The position numbers and the translations under genes were made by a program. The notes beneath the pieces were generated by a model. That model had not been told where the DNA came from. It ran no database searches and saw only the letters and a list, made by a program, of their open reading frames with translations. A DNA stretch of 39,640 nt, taken from contig JAWODM010000005.1 in assembly GCA_046483305.1 (NCBI GenBank), positions 1 to 39,640 of the forward strand, in the 5' to 3' direction. Shown piece after piece: positions 16,963 through 26,491 of this stretch; the stretch's first letter is position 1, and the number at the start of each line of letters is the position of its first letter. The stretch comes from Candidatus Krumholzibacteriales bacterium (lineage in GTDB: Bacteria > Krumholzibacteriota > Krumholzibacteriia > Krumholzibacteriales > WJIX01).

Positions 16963-17922
16963 TTGAATAGAATAGGATTTCCCATAAGCCAGAAGGAGAA
17001 TGAACGGAGAAGAGCGCTTCTGCCTCCCGATCTGGCCAAGATGAAGAACCCCGGATTCTGTTATTTCGAAAGAGGGTTCGGAGAGCCCCTGGGTATAGCT
17101 GACCGGGAGTACAGGGAGGTGGGGGGCAGGGTCACCGGCCGCGAAGAAATACTTCAGATGGAGGTTATCTGTAATCCCAAGGCGCTGGACCCGGATATGA
17201 CAGATTTTCTCAAACCGGGCCAGATACTGTTCGGGTGGGTTCACGCAGTTCAGAACAGAAAGGTCACCGATATACTGGTAGATAAGAAGATGACCGGGAT
17301 CGCCTGGGGAGAGATGTTCGAGGATGGGAGGCATATATTCAGCCGAAACAATGAGATAGCGGGCGGCGGGGCGGTAATTCACGGTGCCTGTTTCAGCGGC
17401 AGGATACCCTCCGAATGGAAGGCCGCTCTTCTCGGGCTGGGTAACTGCGGAAGAGGGGCCGAGTATATTTTGAACGGTTTCGGCGCCGAAGTGACAATTT
17501 ACCACCGGGACAGGATCTTCGATCTGAGCGACGAACTGGACAGGTATAACCTGGTGGTGAACACGCTCTTGTGGGATCCGATGGAAGAAAGATTGGTACT
17601 CTCCCGCGATGACGTCCGGAGGATGGCAGACGGATCGATGATAATAGATGTAAGCTGTGACAGCGAAGGGATCTGTATGGAAACCACCCACCCGACTACC
17701 GTTGAAGATCCGGTTTATACCCTGGAAGGGGTAATACATTACGCGGTGGATCACGTGCCGACACTCTTTCACAGGTCGGCCAGCCGGAGTATCAGCGCCG
17801 AACTTCCAGGTTTCCTCGACTGCCTGGTGGAGGGAAGAGAGAGTAAGGTTCTTGAGGAGGCAACGGTTATCAGGGACGGGGAGATCGTGGACGAGAGAAT
17901 AAAAGAATTCCAGAAGAGATAG
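16963..17922 (+). CDS. N5-(carboxyethyl)ornithine synthase family (AlaDH/PNT fold) opine synthase
   Basis: GFPIS.KENE.RRALLP, FE.G.G, GWVHAVQ, F.RNNEIAG, IIDVSCD, HYAVDH.PT; TTG start after AAGGAG (ORF track start is 16921). Confidence 0.85.
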   Translation: MNRIGFPISQKENERRRALLPPDLAKMKNPGFCYFERGFGEPLGIADREYREVGGRVTGREEILQMEVICNPKALDPDMTDFLKPGQILFGWVHAVQNRKVTDILVDKKMTGIAWGEMFEDGRHIFSRNNEIAGGGAVIHGACFSGRIPSEWKAALLGLGNCGRGAEYILNGFGAEVTIYHRDRIFDLSDELDRYNLVVNTLLWDPMEERLVLSRDDVRRMADGSMIIDVSCDSEGICMETTHPTTVEDPVYTLEGVIHYAVDHVPTLFHRSASRSISAELPGFLDCLVEGRESKVLEEATVIRDGEIVDERIKEFQKR

Positions 17923-18496
17923 CGGCTGCCGGCCAGGGCTCGCTGAACCATTCAATTGTTTTTCTGCGGGTTCCTCCGTTCCTCTGATGGCAGCTCATTT
18001 CCCGGTTGTCGTTTCCTTCTATGAAGACCGGGTCCCTCTCAGTGATCGCTATATCCCATCCTATGCTTTTTACTCCGTAGAAGAAAAGGTGAAGGTTACG
18101 TATCATCTCTATAGCATCATGGAAGAAGGGGATTTTGAAGTCGCCCAGGGCCACCCCGGTATCCGGGTGCTGGATTACCTCTTCCTGCAGGATAATCGAT
18201 CCGCCGGTCAGATTCATAATTTCCGGAACGTTTATTAGTTCGCCTTGAGAGTGAAACTTCCCGTTTTCGATTCTGAGCGCGAATACCCCGTCGGCGCATT
18301 CACCCAGGATCGATTTGCAGAAGACCCTCTTTCTCTCCGGTTTCCCGATAGCTTCATTATCTGAGGCATCGCCGGCGTCCAGCCAGTGAAACCTTCCCCC
18401 GCTGAAGAGAGCGAAGACCCTGGGGGCAGGGAACCCCAGGCTTACCAGCATTCTGTTGAACAGAAACCTGTTTATCGCCTTGAGTATCCGTATCAT
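17870..18496 (-). pseudogene. Truncated sugar-transfer-associated ATP-grasp protein
   Basis: FCK...G.C..G, QE...QHP joined directly to DTGV....F.IP, SIGWD.AITE..P.FIEGN; the N-terminus and the central NT.R segment are missing. Confidence 0.7.
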
Positions 18497-18652
18497 AAAT
18501 ACCTGTCCAACGCAAATCGCATACCCGCCGCTCAGCCGGGGAATCTTATCCCCTGCCGCTTGCTTTATTCAAACAGGAAATGACATGAGAAATTATGTTT
18601 TACGCCCCGTTATTTTAATCGCCGGAAATCCTTTCATTTTAACCCGGATTAA

Positions 18653-19816
18653 TTGTATTATTTCAGCGGAAAGGGGAGGGCCGGCGTATTGCAGGATAAG
18701 AAGAAAATAGAAGTTGTTCATGCCATCCGGAGTCTCGAGTTCGGGGGAGCGGAGAAAGTTGTGTTGAAATTATCCCATCTGCAGAGGATTTCGGGCAGGA
18801 TATCTCCGCGGCTGGCCTGCATGGTGGGAGCGGGGGAACTGAGGAGCGAGGCGGAGAGTTACGGACTCCCCTGGACGGTAACAGGTATGGGGGGGATAAA
18901 ATATCTCTCGCCGATTTTACGGCTGGTTTCCTTTTTCCGCCGAATCAGGCCGGATATAGTCCACACCCATAACCTGGTAGCGCATGTTCACGCCGCTCCG
19001 GCGGCGCGGATTCTGGGGATACCTGTCATTCACACCAAGCACGGCAGAGCGGTATCCTCCTTCAGCAGGTTTCCCGGGCTGAGGAGATGGATATACAACC
19101 TGGCCGCCAGGATAGCGGTGGTATCGGACGAGACCGGGAAAAATTTCATAAGAAAGACCGGTATAGATCCTGGAAAGGTAGTTACGGTATATAACGGAAT
19201 AGAAATAGAAGCTTTTTCCGGCGGCGGCGAAGGCCGGTTGAGAGAGGAGCTGGGGATCGGGGATTCGGAAACGGTGATCGGGTCTCTGTCCCGGCTGAGC
19301 CCCGAAAAGGACCACCGAACCATCATGAAAGCTTTTTCCCCGGTGGCCGCCGGGCATGAAAACTGCAGGCTCCTTATTGTGGGGGACGGGCCTCTGCGGG
19401 AAGAACTGGAAAGGATGGCTGCGGAGCTGTCGCTCTCTTCAAGAGTGGTATTTGCCGGGTTCAGGGAGGATACAGCAGCATCTCTTGCCGCCATGGACCT
19501 CTTCCTGCAGCCGTCGCTGGAGGAAGGATTGTCTCTGACCATCCTGGAAGCGGCCGCCGCCGGCGTTCCGATAATAACCACACCGGTAGGCGGCACCCCC
19601 GAGATAATAGTTGACGGAGCTGAGGGAGTTATGGTTGAACCGGGCAGTTCAAGGCAGCTCGCTTCGGCGATGGAGAGTTTTCTCGAGGAACCGGAAAGAT
19701 TCGAAAAGATGGCAGAGGCGGCTAAGCGAAAGCTGAGGGACAGATTTTCGCTCTCAGCGATGGAGCGGAAATACAGCGGCCTTTACCTGGAGATTTCAGG
19801 TAAGAACAGGAGGTAG
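18653..19816 (+). CDS. Glycosyltransferase family 4
   Basis: L..GGAE, PDIVHTH, HT.HG, YNGI, RL.PEKD, S..EG..L.ILEA.A.G.P; the start is uncertain. Confidence 0.92.
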   Translation: MYYFSGKGRAGVLQDKKKIEVVHAIRSLEFGGAEKVVLKLSHLQRISGRISPRLACMVGAGELRSEAESYGLPWTVTGMGGIKYLSPILRLVSFFRRIRPDIVHTHNLVAHVHAAPAARILGIPVIHTKHGRAVSSFSRFPGLRRWIYNLAARIAVVSDETGKNFIRKTGIDPGKVVTVYNGIEIEAFSGGGEGRLREELGIGDSETVIGSLSRLSPEKDHRTIMKAFSPVAAGHENCRLLIVGDGPLREELERMAAELSLSSRVVFAGFREDTAASLAAMDLFLQPSLEEGLSLTILEAAAAGVPIITTPVGGTPEIIVDGAEGVMVEPGSSRQLASAMESFLEEPERFEKMAEAAKRKLRDRFSLSAMERKYSGLYLEISGKNRR

Positions 19817-19819
19817 GAT

Positions 19820-21667
19820 TTGCCCCGATTATTCGGTGTTGCTGATTTCAATGATACGGGAAGGCTGGAAGAACTGGCCGGCATTACAGGGGGCGGCTTT
19901 TCGGCTGCCGCCGGGGCTGAAGCTGAAACCGAGACAGCCGGGGAAGCCGGAGTGATCCTCGGACTGGTAAGGGACCGTCAGCCTTTCGAAGGGCGTATAA
20001 TGACATCAGAGGACGGGAGCTACAGCCTGGCGTATGCCGGGTTCATACCATCCACCGGACAGCTCTGCTCCAGGCATGATATTCCCGCCGGTACCGGGAC
20101 AGCTCAGGTAATCATGGCCCTCTACAGAAAGTTCGGAGAGGAGTTTCTCGGCGAGATACCAGGGATGTTCTCACTGGCTGTGCATGACAGGGAAAAGGAG
20201 CTGCTGCTGATCGCCGGAGACAGAAGCGGGGCCTTCCCTCTATACTACTATTGCGGGGGGGGGAGGTTTATTTTCGCTTCCTCTCTGAATGCGGTGCGTG
20301 GGGCCTGCGGAGGATCTGATCTGAGGACAGCTTCAGTGGTGGAGCACCTGCTGTTCGACGCCCTCTACGGAAGGTATACCTTCTACCGGGATATATTCCT
20401 TACCGAGTTCGGAGGTTATCTGGCCGTGGACCTGAAAAGAGGCCGGGTCAGAAGGGGCAGGTACTTCAGCTATGAACAGCTCTTCGATATCGGTCTTTAC
20501 CGCGGCAGCCGGGGTATAAACGCTCCGGGAGAATTGACCGCCCACGCCAGAAGCTGCCTGTCAAGAATACTGGAGGGAAAGGACCTTTCCGGATTCGGCC
20601 TCAGTTGCGGAGGAGGTATCGACTGCAGTTACCTGGGAGGGGTTCTCAAGGATATAGACTCCCCACTGCCGGTGCTGTGTACCAGTGTTTCCGACGCCAG
20701 GGTGCAGGAGGACAGTATGGCCGCCGACACCGCCGGCAGGCTCGGTGTGGAGCTGCATACCAGCTATCTCCGGTCCGAAGACTTTTACCCCCTGCTGCTG
20801 AGGTCTATTATAGAGTTCGGCCAGCCGATTGTGCATCCGTCTACTCCCAAGTTCTATGCCGGCTCCGATTCGGAGGGGAGGCGCGCCAGGCCCAATCATA
20901 TCATGGGGGTGGCCAGCGACCTTCTGTTTGGAGGCTACGGAAACGTAATTTCATTCTACAAGTATGTTAAGCTCCGTTCCCTGTTCGGCCTGATCCCCTC
21001 AAAGCTGCGGACCGCTATGAAAATTGGAACTGTGGAACTGGAAAAGATAAAACTGCAGCTGAGAATGAGAAATTGTCTGGGCGGCCTGGCCGCTCTGGGT
21101 ATGGGGAATCTGGAGAGGGGAGCGGACCAGCGAAGGATAGAGGAAGCGCTCTCGCCCATAGAGGACAGAAATGAGAGAGAAGTAAAGGTCCTGATGCTTC
21201 AGAACCTCTTTGATTATCAGCAGCATCTTCTTAACAGGCGTTACGAGATCAGCGCCGGTTGCGGCATTTCTCAATACTATCCCTTTCTGGATCTCGAAAT
21301 GGTCAAATTCGCGGTAAATCTGCCTGTTTCGCACTGCGTGAGCTGGAGAGAGTCCAAGATAGTGGTAAGAAGAGCGGCGCTTCCATACCTGGGCGAAGGG
21401 CTGGCCGCCAGATCGAAGTACGGAGGAGATGTCCCGATAAACAAATGGTTAGCCCCCCTGAAGGGGCTTCTGGATGACGGTTTCGTTAGAGAGGCTCTCG
21501 GGTACGACTCCGGCAGGCTGGGAGATACTCTGGAGGGCGACGTGAAGCTGCTCTGGAATATGATAGATATTGAGCTCTGGGGAAGGCTCTGTATCCGGGG
21601 CGAAGAGCCCGAAGCTATTCTGGACAGAGTCAGGGCCTCCGGAACCAACTGTTCTCCATTTGAATAG
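19820..21667 (+). CDS. Asparagine synthetase-like protein lacking the N-terminal catalytic Cys
   Basis: G.FS.A..D, DR.G..PLYY, FASS, GGIDCS, D.LFGGY, PFLD..MV.FA..LP, W.MI..ELW; begins MPRLFG. Confidence 0.8.
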   Translation: MPRLFGVADFNDTGRLEELAGITGGGFSAAAGAEAETETAGEAGVILGLVRDRQPFEGRIMTSEDGSYSLAYAGFIPSTGQLCSRHDIPAGTGTAQVIMALYRKFGEEFLGEIPGMFSLAVHDREKELLLIAGDRSGAFPLYYYCGGGRFIFASSLNAVRGACGGSDLRTASVVEHLLFDALYGRYTFYRDIFLTEFGGYLAVDLKRGRVRRGRYFSYEQLFDIGLYRGSRGINAPGELTAHARSCLSRILEGKDLSGFGLSCGGGIDCSYLGGVLKDIDSPLPVLCTSVSDARVQEDSMAADTAGRLGVELHTSYLRSEDFYPLLLRSIIEFGQPIVHPSTPKFYAGSDSEGRRARPNHIMGVASDLLFGGYGNVISFYKYVKLRSLFGLIPSKLRTAMKIGTVELEKIKLQLRMRNCLGGLAALGMGNLERGADQRRIEEALSPIEDRNEREVKVLMLQNLFDYQQHLLNRRYEISAGCGISQYYPFLDLEMVKFAVNLPVSHCVSWRESKIVVRRAALPYLGEGLAARSKYGGDVPINKWLAPLKGLLDDGFVREALGYDSGRLGDTLEGDVKLLWNMIDIELWGRLCIRGEEPEAILDRVRASGTNCSPFE

Positions 21668-21702
21668 AATGGCCCTGAGAGCTGATAATAAAGGCCTTCT
21701 TC

Positions 21703-23910
21703 TTAATGAATCTTTACTCCGGAAGGGGGCGCCGGAGGCGCCGGGTTTTCTCCCGGCTGAATTCCCAGTATCAGCACTCCGTCAGCCGAGCTGGTCACCG
21801 GGCCGTCGGCTCCCAGGTCGGTGGTGGAAATCTCCAGCTCTATCGCCGAATCAACGTGGCTGTCTGAATAGTAATATTCGGTGTTGGGCTGCATATTCAG
21901 CACATAAGCTAGAATGTAGTTGCCGAAGCCGGTAAATGACGCCGTCAGGTTACCTTCCGTGACCGGGCCGCCGGTTATGTTATTGCTGAACATTACCAGG
22001 AAATCGGAATCCAGGGTGTTCCCCACGAATGCTGTTCCAATCATATTCGCCCCGCTGACGCTCACATCCGAAGTCTGCAGGAATTCTCCCGATTCTGATA
22101 TCTTGAAAATATGAAGAAATGTTTTGGCGGCTTCCGAAGCGGGAGTGGTAATCCTCATCCTGGGCGTCCCGTACTCGTCAAATCCGGCATTTACATTATC
22201 CGGATAGGCGGTATTAATAATAAGATCTGTATTTCCGTTTCCCACTATGTAATCGTCTTCCGACTGCGATGCCTGGTCGTGAAGGTACAGCTGGAATATC
22301 TTGTCCACCGCGGGGTCGAAAGACCTCCCCCTGTCCATCACCAGCAGCGTCCTTTCATCCTTGATGAGGAAGAACTCTCTTTCCTTTACGTCAACCGTAT
22401 TGTTCCGGTAATCCGGCTGGGCGTTATATACCGGCGACATGTCACCGGCCAGGTAGAGGTAATTGGTGGTTACTTCGTAGTGTTCTATCTCGGACGCTCC
22501 CCAGTAGAGTTTTTTCTCCTCCACCGGCGGGATTAACAGGACGTTATGGTGAACATCCCCCACGTCCATGCTCCTGCCGGTCTCGGCCGCCTTGTCGGTA
22601 ACCAGGTATCCTTCGTCGAAAATGATAAAATGCCCCAGGCCGTTCATGGCGTGCGCGGTATTGAGCAGCCCGATTCTGAAGGCCATCCATGTATCGTCCG
22701 TTTCCCAGCCGCTTCTCCAGAAGAGGACCTGTGAGCCTTCGCAGAAGTAATGCGTCGGCACGTTGCCTCTGTAATCGGTTGCGGAGGCCTCATCCGGATA
22801 CCACATGAATTCTAGGTAGAGCTTGTAATCGACCGTAGATCGGGATGTGTAACTGTCCAGCCAGTACTTGCCGTAGCTGGTGTACTGAGGGTCCGCAAGA
22901 GCGGTACACAGGACTATCGGAACCCTGGTTGTCGGACCTATCCCGCCCAAGCTGGCTCCGTCTCCGTCCGCGTAGGTATGATCCCGGGTCGGATAAAGGG
23001 CGTGAATGTAGAATTGCACAACTTCATTTGCGAAGGGAAATCCCGATTCGGGATAATCGGCCTTATCGGTCTCCGCCGACCTCACCGCCAGGATGGCTGA
23101 GCATATAAACTCGTTGTCGACACTGCCGTAGGAAGTCCCCTCGTTCCACAGCCCGCCCTGGGCCCGTCCGGTGTAGTTTCCCATATAATCCCAGATGACC
23201 TGTTCGCCCCTGGTATACTTAATACCCTGGTCGAGCATGGTGAGGGCATGGTCAAGGTATGCCTGGGCATTGGCGTTATGCCCGTGAATGGCGTAGGCGG
23301 TGGTGAGCAGAGCCCAGCAGTGGCCGTAAAAATAATTTACCGAGGGGTCTTCCCAGCCCCAGGGAGCCCCGGTCATCAGATCGGCGGCCCAGGTATCCAG
23401 CTGGGCTATGAAGGTATCCCGCTGGAGCGTGGTCATATGGTCCCAGCACCAATCCAGGACTATTGCTACCGGCGGGACCAGGTACCGGTCCGTATAGTAG
23501 TTGTCAAAACGTATCCAGGTATCTATGGTATAACCGCTGTAAGGATGGGCGAATATATATTCTATTATTTCAACCGCCCTGTCCGCGTATGAGGTGTTTC
23601 CGGTCAGCTGATACATCAGGGCGTAATTCACCGCTTTAAGGGTGGCGACGGCGCGGGATTGAGTATAGCCGGAAAGATCCTCGCTTATGTGATTGTCGCA
23701 CCATTCTCTGAGGTTCCTGGCTCCGGCGGTATTGGAATTGAGCCGGTCTATCAGGAGCGCTTTTTTCTGATCGGTCAGCCATATTCTGGGATGGCCCGTT
23801 TTTACCGCCGCCGACAGGGGAAGGGAGACGGCGACCATAAATATTGTAATCGTGAAAATTGCGAGGGCGGTTATCCCGCGTACTTTTCTCATTATTTCCA
23901 ATCCTTTCAA
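21703..23910 (-). CDS. Secreted heparinase II/III-like (polysaccharide lyase-type) protein
   Basis: Signal peptide, HPRIWL, A.MY.LTG...YA..A, DWCWD, W.EG.SYG, RSGW, H...G.F.I, HN.L. Confidence 0.7.
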   Translation of the reverse strand: MKGLEIMRKVRGITALAIFTITIFMVAVSLPLSAAVKTGHPRIWLTDQKKALLIDRLNSNTAGARNLREWCDNHISEDLSGYTQSRAVATLKAVNYALMYQLTGNTSYADRAVEIIEYIFAHPYSGYTIDTWIRFDNYYTDRYLVPPVAIVLDWCWDHMTTLQRDTFIAQLDTWAADLMTGAPWGWEDPSVNYFYGHCWALLTTAYAIHGHNANAQAYLDHALTMLDQGIKYTRGEQVIWDYMGNYTGRAQGGLWNEGTSYGSVDNEFICSAILAVRSAETDKADYPESGFPFANEVVQFYIHALYPTRDHTYADGDGASLGGIGPTTRVPIVLCTALADPQYTSYGKYWLDSYTSRSTVDYKLYLEFMWYPDEASATDYRGNVPTHYFCEGSQVLFWRSGWETDDTWMAFRIGLLNTAHAMNGLGHFIIFDEGYLVTDKAAETGRSMDVGDVHHNVLLIPPVEEKKLYWGASEIEHYEVTTNYLYLAGDMSPVYNAQPDYRNNTVDVKEREFFLIKDERTLLVMDRGRSFDPAVDKIFQLYLHDQASQSEDDYIVGNGNTDLIINTAYPDNVNAGFDEYGTPRMRITTPASEAAKTFLHIFKISESGEFLQTSDVSVSGANMIGTAFVGNTLDSDFLVMFSNNITGGPVTEGNLTASFTGFGNYILAYVLNMQPNTEYYYSDSHVDSAIELEISTTDLGADGPVTSSADGVLILGIQPGENPAPPAPPSGVKIH

Positions 23911-24019
23911 ATTGCCCGGTATCGTGGTTGATTATATATATAATTATCGTACAGTTTAAGCAAGCATGCAAGAATTACGCTCAAAATATATATTACTGAT
24001 TATAAGTTATAAAGTTCCG

Positions 24020-25222
24020 CTATTTCTGGAGTAATTCCAGGATTTTACGGCTGTGCTTTTCGTAAGTATAATGATTCTTTATTCTTTCCCTCAATTTGCC
24101 GCCCCTGATTTCCCAGCTTTCCCGGTCCCGGAGGATGAATGAAATCTTTTCCCGGAGCGATTCTTCCGACCTGGGCTGGAACAGGTATTCGATCTGGACC
24201 GGGCCGATGACTGTCTCTATCGGTTCCCTGGCTGGTGCGAGAACGGGCTTTCCCGCGGCCGCGTATTCAAACATCTTTATCGGCGACCTGTACCGGTTGC
24301 TGTGCGGTATTATTCCGATATCCATCGCGTCTATGTAGTCAGCCACCTCCGGGTTGGGCACATGCCCGGCGAATATCATCCTTTCCCCGAAGCCGTTCTT
24401 TCTCCCGATATCTTCCAGCCCGGCCCTGCCGGGCCCTCCTCCCACAAACATTATTACCGTATCCGGCTGATCTTTGACCGATTCGATGAATACCGGAAGG
24501 AACCAGTCCAGGGAGTGCCAGCTTGAAACCGGTACCAGAAACCCCACGAATCCGAATACCTTCCTGTTATTCAGCCCTAACTTGCTCCTGACCCCGTCCC
24601 CTCCCGGAGAGCGCGAGAAGAAGCTTTTTTCAACCCCGTTGGGGATAACATGGATTTTCTCTGCGTCTACTCCGGGATAACGCTCCAGGATGGTATCCTT
24701 CAGGAACCGGGAAACAACCGATATGATATCCGCTCTATTGAATATATAACGCTCGCATTTCCGGGCCAGGGATGAAAAATAGTTTTTCCTTACACGTTCG
24801 AATCCGGACAGCTCGTTGACTTCCAGAACCAGGGGGACGCCGAACCTGCGGGCGATATACCCCGAGCCGAAGGAGAAAAAGAAGTGCCTTTCATATATGA
24901 AGTTGTATGCTGCCTTTTTCACCGCTCCCCTCATTCTGAGTATTGCCCAGAAATTGTAACAGAATTCCAGAAGAGCGAACACGAAACCCGGGACCATGGA
25001 GGCAATCTTCTCCACCAGGGATCTCTTATTCCTGTCGCTGTAAGGATTCTCGCCGGCGCGGGCAGTAGGGTCCCCATCACCGGATATCCACAGAAAATCG
25101 ACCTGATATCCCTCTTCTCTGAAACCGTTGACTATACCCCTGGTGTGAACACCTTCCGCTCCGGTACCGGGGGTACGCAGGTGATAGAGAATTTTCCTTC
25201 CTTCCTCCCGCTCTTTCCGCAT
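24020..25222 (-). CDS. Glycosyltransferase family 4
   Basis: YER, PLVLEVN, VIPNGV, GFVG, SPIKMFEY.AAGKPV. Confidence 0.9.
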   Translation of the reverse strand: MRKEREEGRKILYHLRTPGTGAEGVHTRGIVNGFREEGYQVDFLWISGDGDPTARAGENPYSDRNKRSLVEKIASMVPGFVFALLEFCYNFWAILRMRGAVKKAAYNFIYERHFFFSFGSGYIARRFGVPLVLEVNELSGFERVRKNYFSSLARKCERYIFNRADIISVVSRFLKDTILERYPGVDAEKIHVIPNGVEKSFFSRSPGGDGVRSKLGLNNRKVFGFVGFLVPVSSWHSLDWFLPVFIESVKDQPDTVIMFVGGGPGRAGLEDIGRKNGFGERMIFAGHVPNPEVADYIDAMDIGIIPHSNRYRSPIKMFEYAAAGKPVLAPAREPIETVIGPVQIEYLFQPRSEESLREKISFILRDRESWEIRGGKLRERIKNHYTYEKHSRKILELLQK

Positions 25223-25253
25223 TCCTTCGATCCTCCCTGCTGTTTCGCTGATT

Positions 25254-26291
25254 TCAGTAGGTTATTATTTCCGGAAACATCAGTTTCGCTTTGAAAACAG
25301 ACCTGCCGTCATGAGTTTCTATCCCGATACGTTCCATGGCGTACCGGTCGAATGAATTTTCATAGACCAGCCCCCACCGGTACATGGTGCTGAAATGGTA
25401 GCCGCTCTCTCTGACCTCTTCTTTGAGAAGGCGGGTAAAAATTTCCCTTTCCCTTCTTTCCATTATCCCTCTTCCCGGAGATCCGAAAGTTACCACTTCG
25501 GATCCGATATTTTCCTCTATCAGTTCTTTCGAATCCCTCACCTCTTTTCTCACCCTCTCTTCCGGTATGTTTGAAAATATGGGGTGATTGACCGAGTGGG
25601 CTCCTATTTCAATACCATCTTCGCTCATCTCCTTGAGCTGGTCCCACGACATCACATATCCGGTCTTTCCCTTCACCGGGATGACACCGAGCTGATCGGA
25701 AAGCTGATCTATCACTGATTCCTTTCCGGAATCGGGGATCTCCTTGACCTTTTTGATCAGTTTCCTGGCGCAGTCCTGGCGGCTGCTGAATTCCCTGATA
25801 TCCATGGAGATATTCACCGGAGATTTGATGTCAATGGAGTCTCTTTCCGTTTTCTTTATGATATATGCGATCTTGTCCCACCAGAAAACATGGCTGCTGC
25901 CCACGAATCCCGCAGTGACGAACATGGTGGCGGTGAGGCCGTGTTCTCTGAGCATCGGGTATGCTACGGTATAATTATCAATATATCCGTCATCGAAAGT
26001 TATTATCAGGGAGTTTTCCGGGAAGCGGCCGTTCTCCCGCCTGAGATAGTCCATCAGGTAGCGGAAGTTGATTACGTTATAATTACTGGAAATGTATTCC
26101 AGCTGGGCCCTGAACTGGCTGGTGGAGGCGCTTACCAGGTCGCTGTCGTAGGGGAAAGCGGCGTCAATATCCATTATCCGGTGGTAGCATAGCACGGTGA
26201 GGTACCTGCCCCTGAAAAGGTGGCGGAAAGCCCTCGCCACGGAGGGCGGTGTGATGCTTAAGATATAGCCCAGCAGGTGTCTCTTGGTCAT
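25254..26291 (-). CDS. Polysaccharide deacetylase (CE4/NodB family)
   Basis: VLCYHRI, ITFDDGY.DNY..A.P.L, SWDQ..EM...G.EIGAHS..HP. Confidence 0.9.
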   Translation of the reverse strand: MTKRHLLGYILSITPPSVARAFRHLFRGRYLTVLCYHRIMDIDAAFPYDSDLVSASTSQFRAQLEYISSNYNVINFRYLMDYLRRENGRFPENSLIITFDDGYIDNYTVAYPMLREHGLTATMFVTAGFVGSSHVFWWDKIAYIIKKTERDSIDIKSPVNISMDIREFSSRQDCARKLIKKVKEIPDSGKESVIDQLSDQLGVIPVKGKTGYVMSWDQLKEMSEDGIEIGAHSVNHPIFSNIPEERVRKEVRDSKELIEENIGSEVVTFGSPGRGIMERREREIFTRLLKEEVRESGYHFSTMYRWGLVYENSFDRYAMERIGIETHDGRSVFKAKLMFPEIITY

Positions 26292-26491
26292 ATTTCCCCT
26301 TTATGATCTTAATGCCTGAGAGAATTTTTGCAATATCCAGTCCAATTCGAAGAATATTAACGCAGCTTAATGGATTCAAGCCTTTTATTTATTGTTTCTG
26401 GCAGAACATTTGCACTTGTATTTTATCTTAAGTAAGCTAAATTTGTATAAACTGTTTTCTGAACAGGAAGGGCCGGGGATTTCTGATAATA

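Noticed and set aside
17388..17396. CTGTTTCAG seed match in the opine synthase gene (and GAAACAGTAG near the fetB start)
   Set aside because: Matches of 9-10 nt are expected by chance in 40 kb and do not extend.
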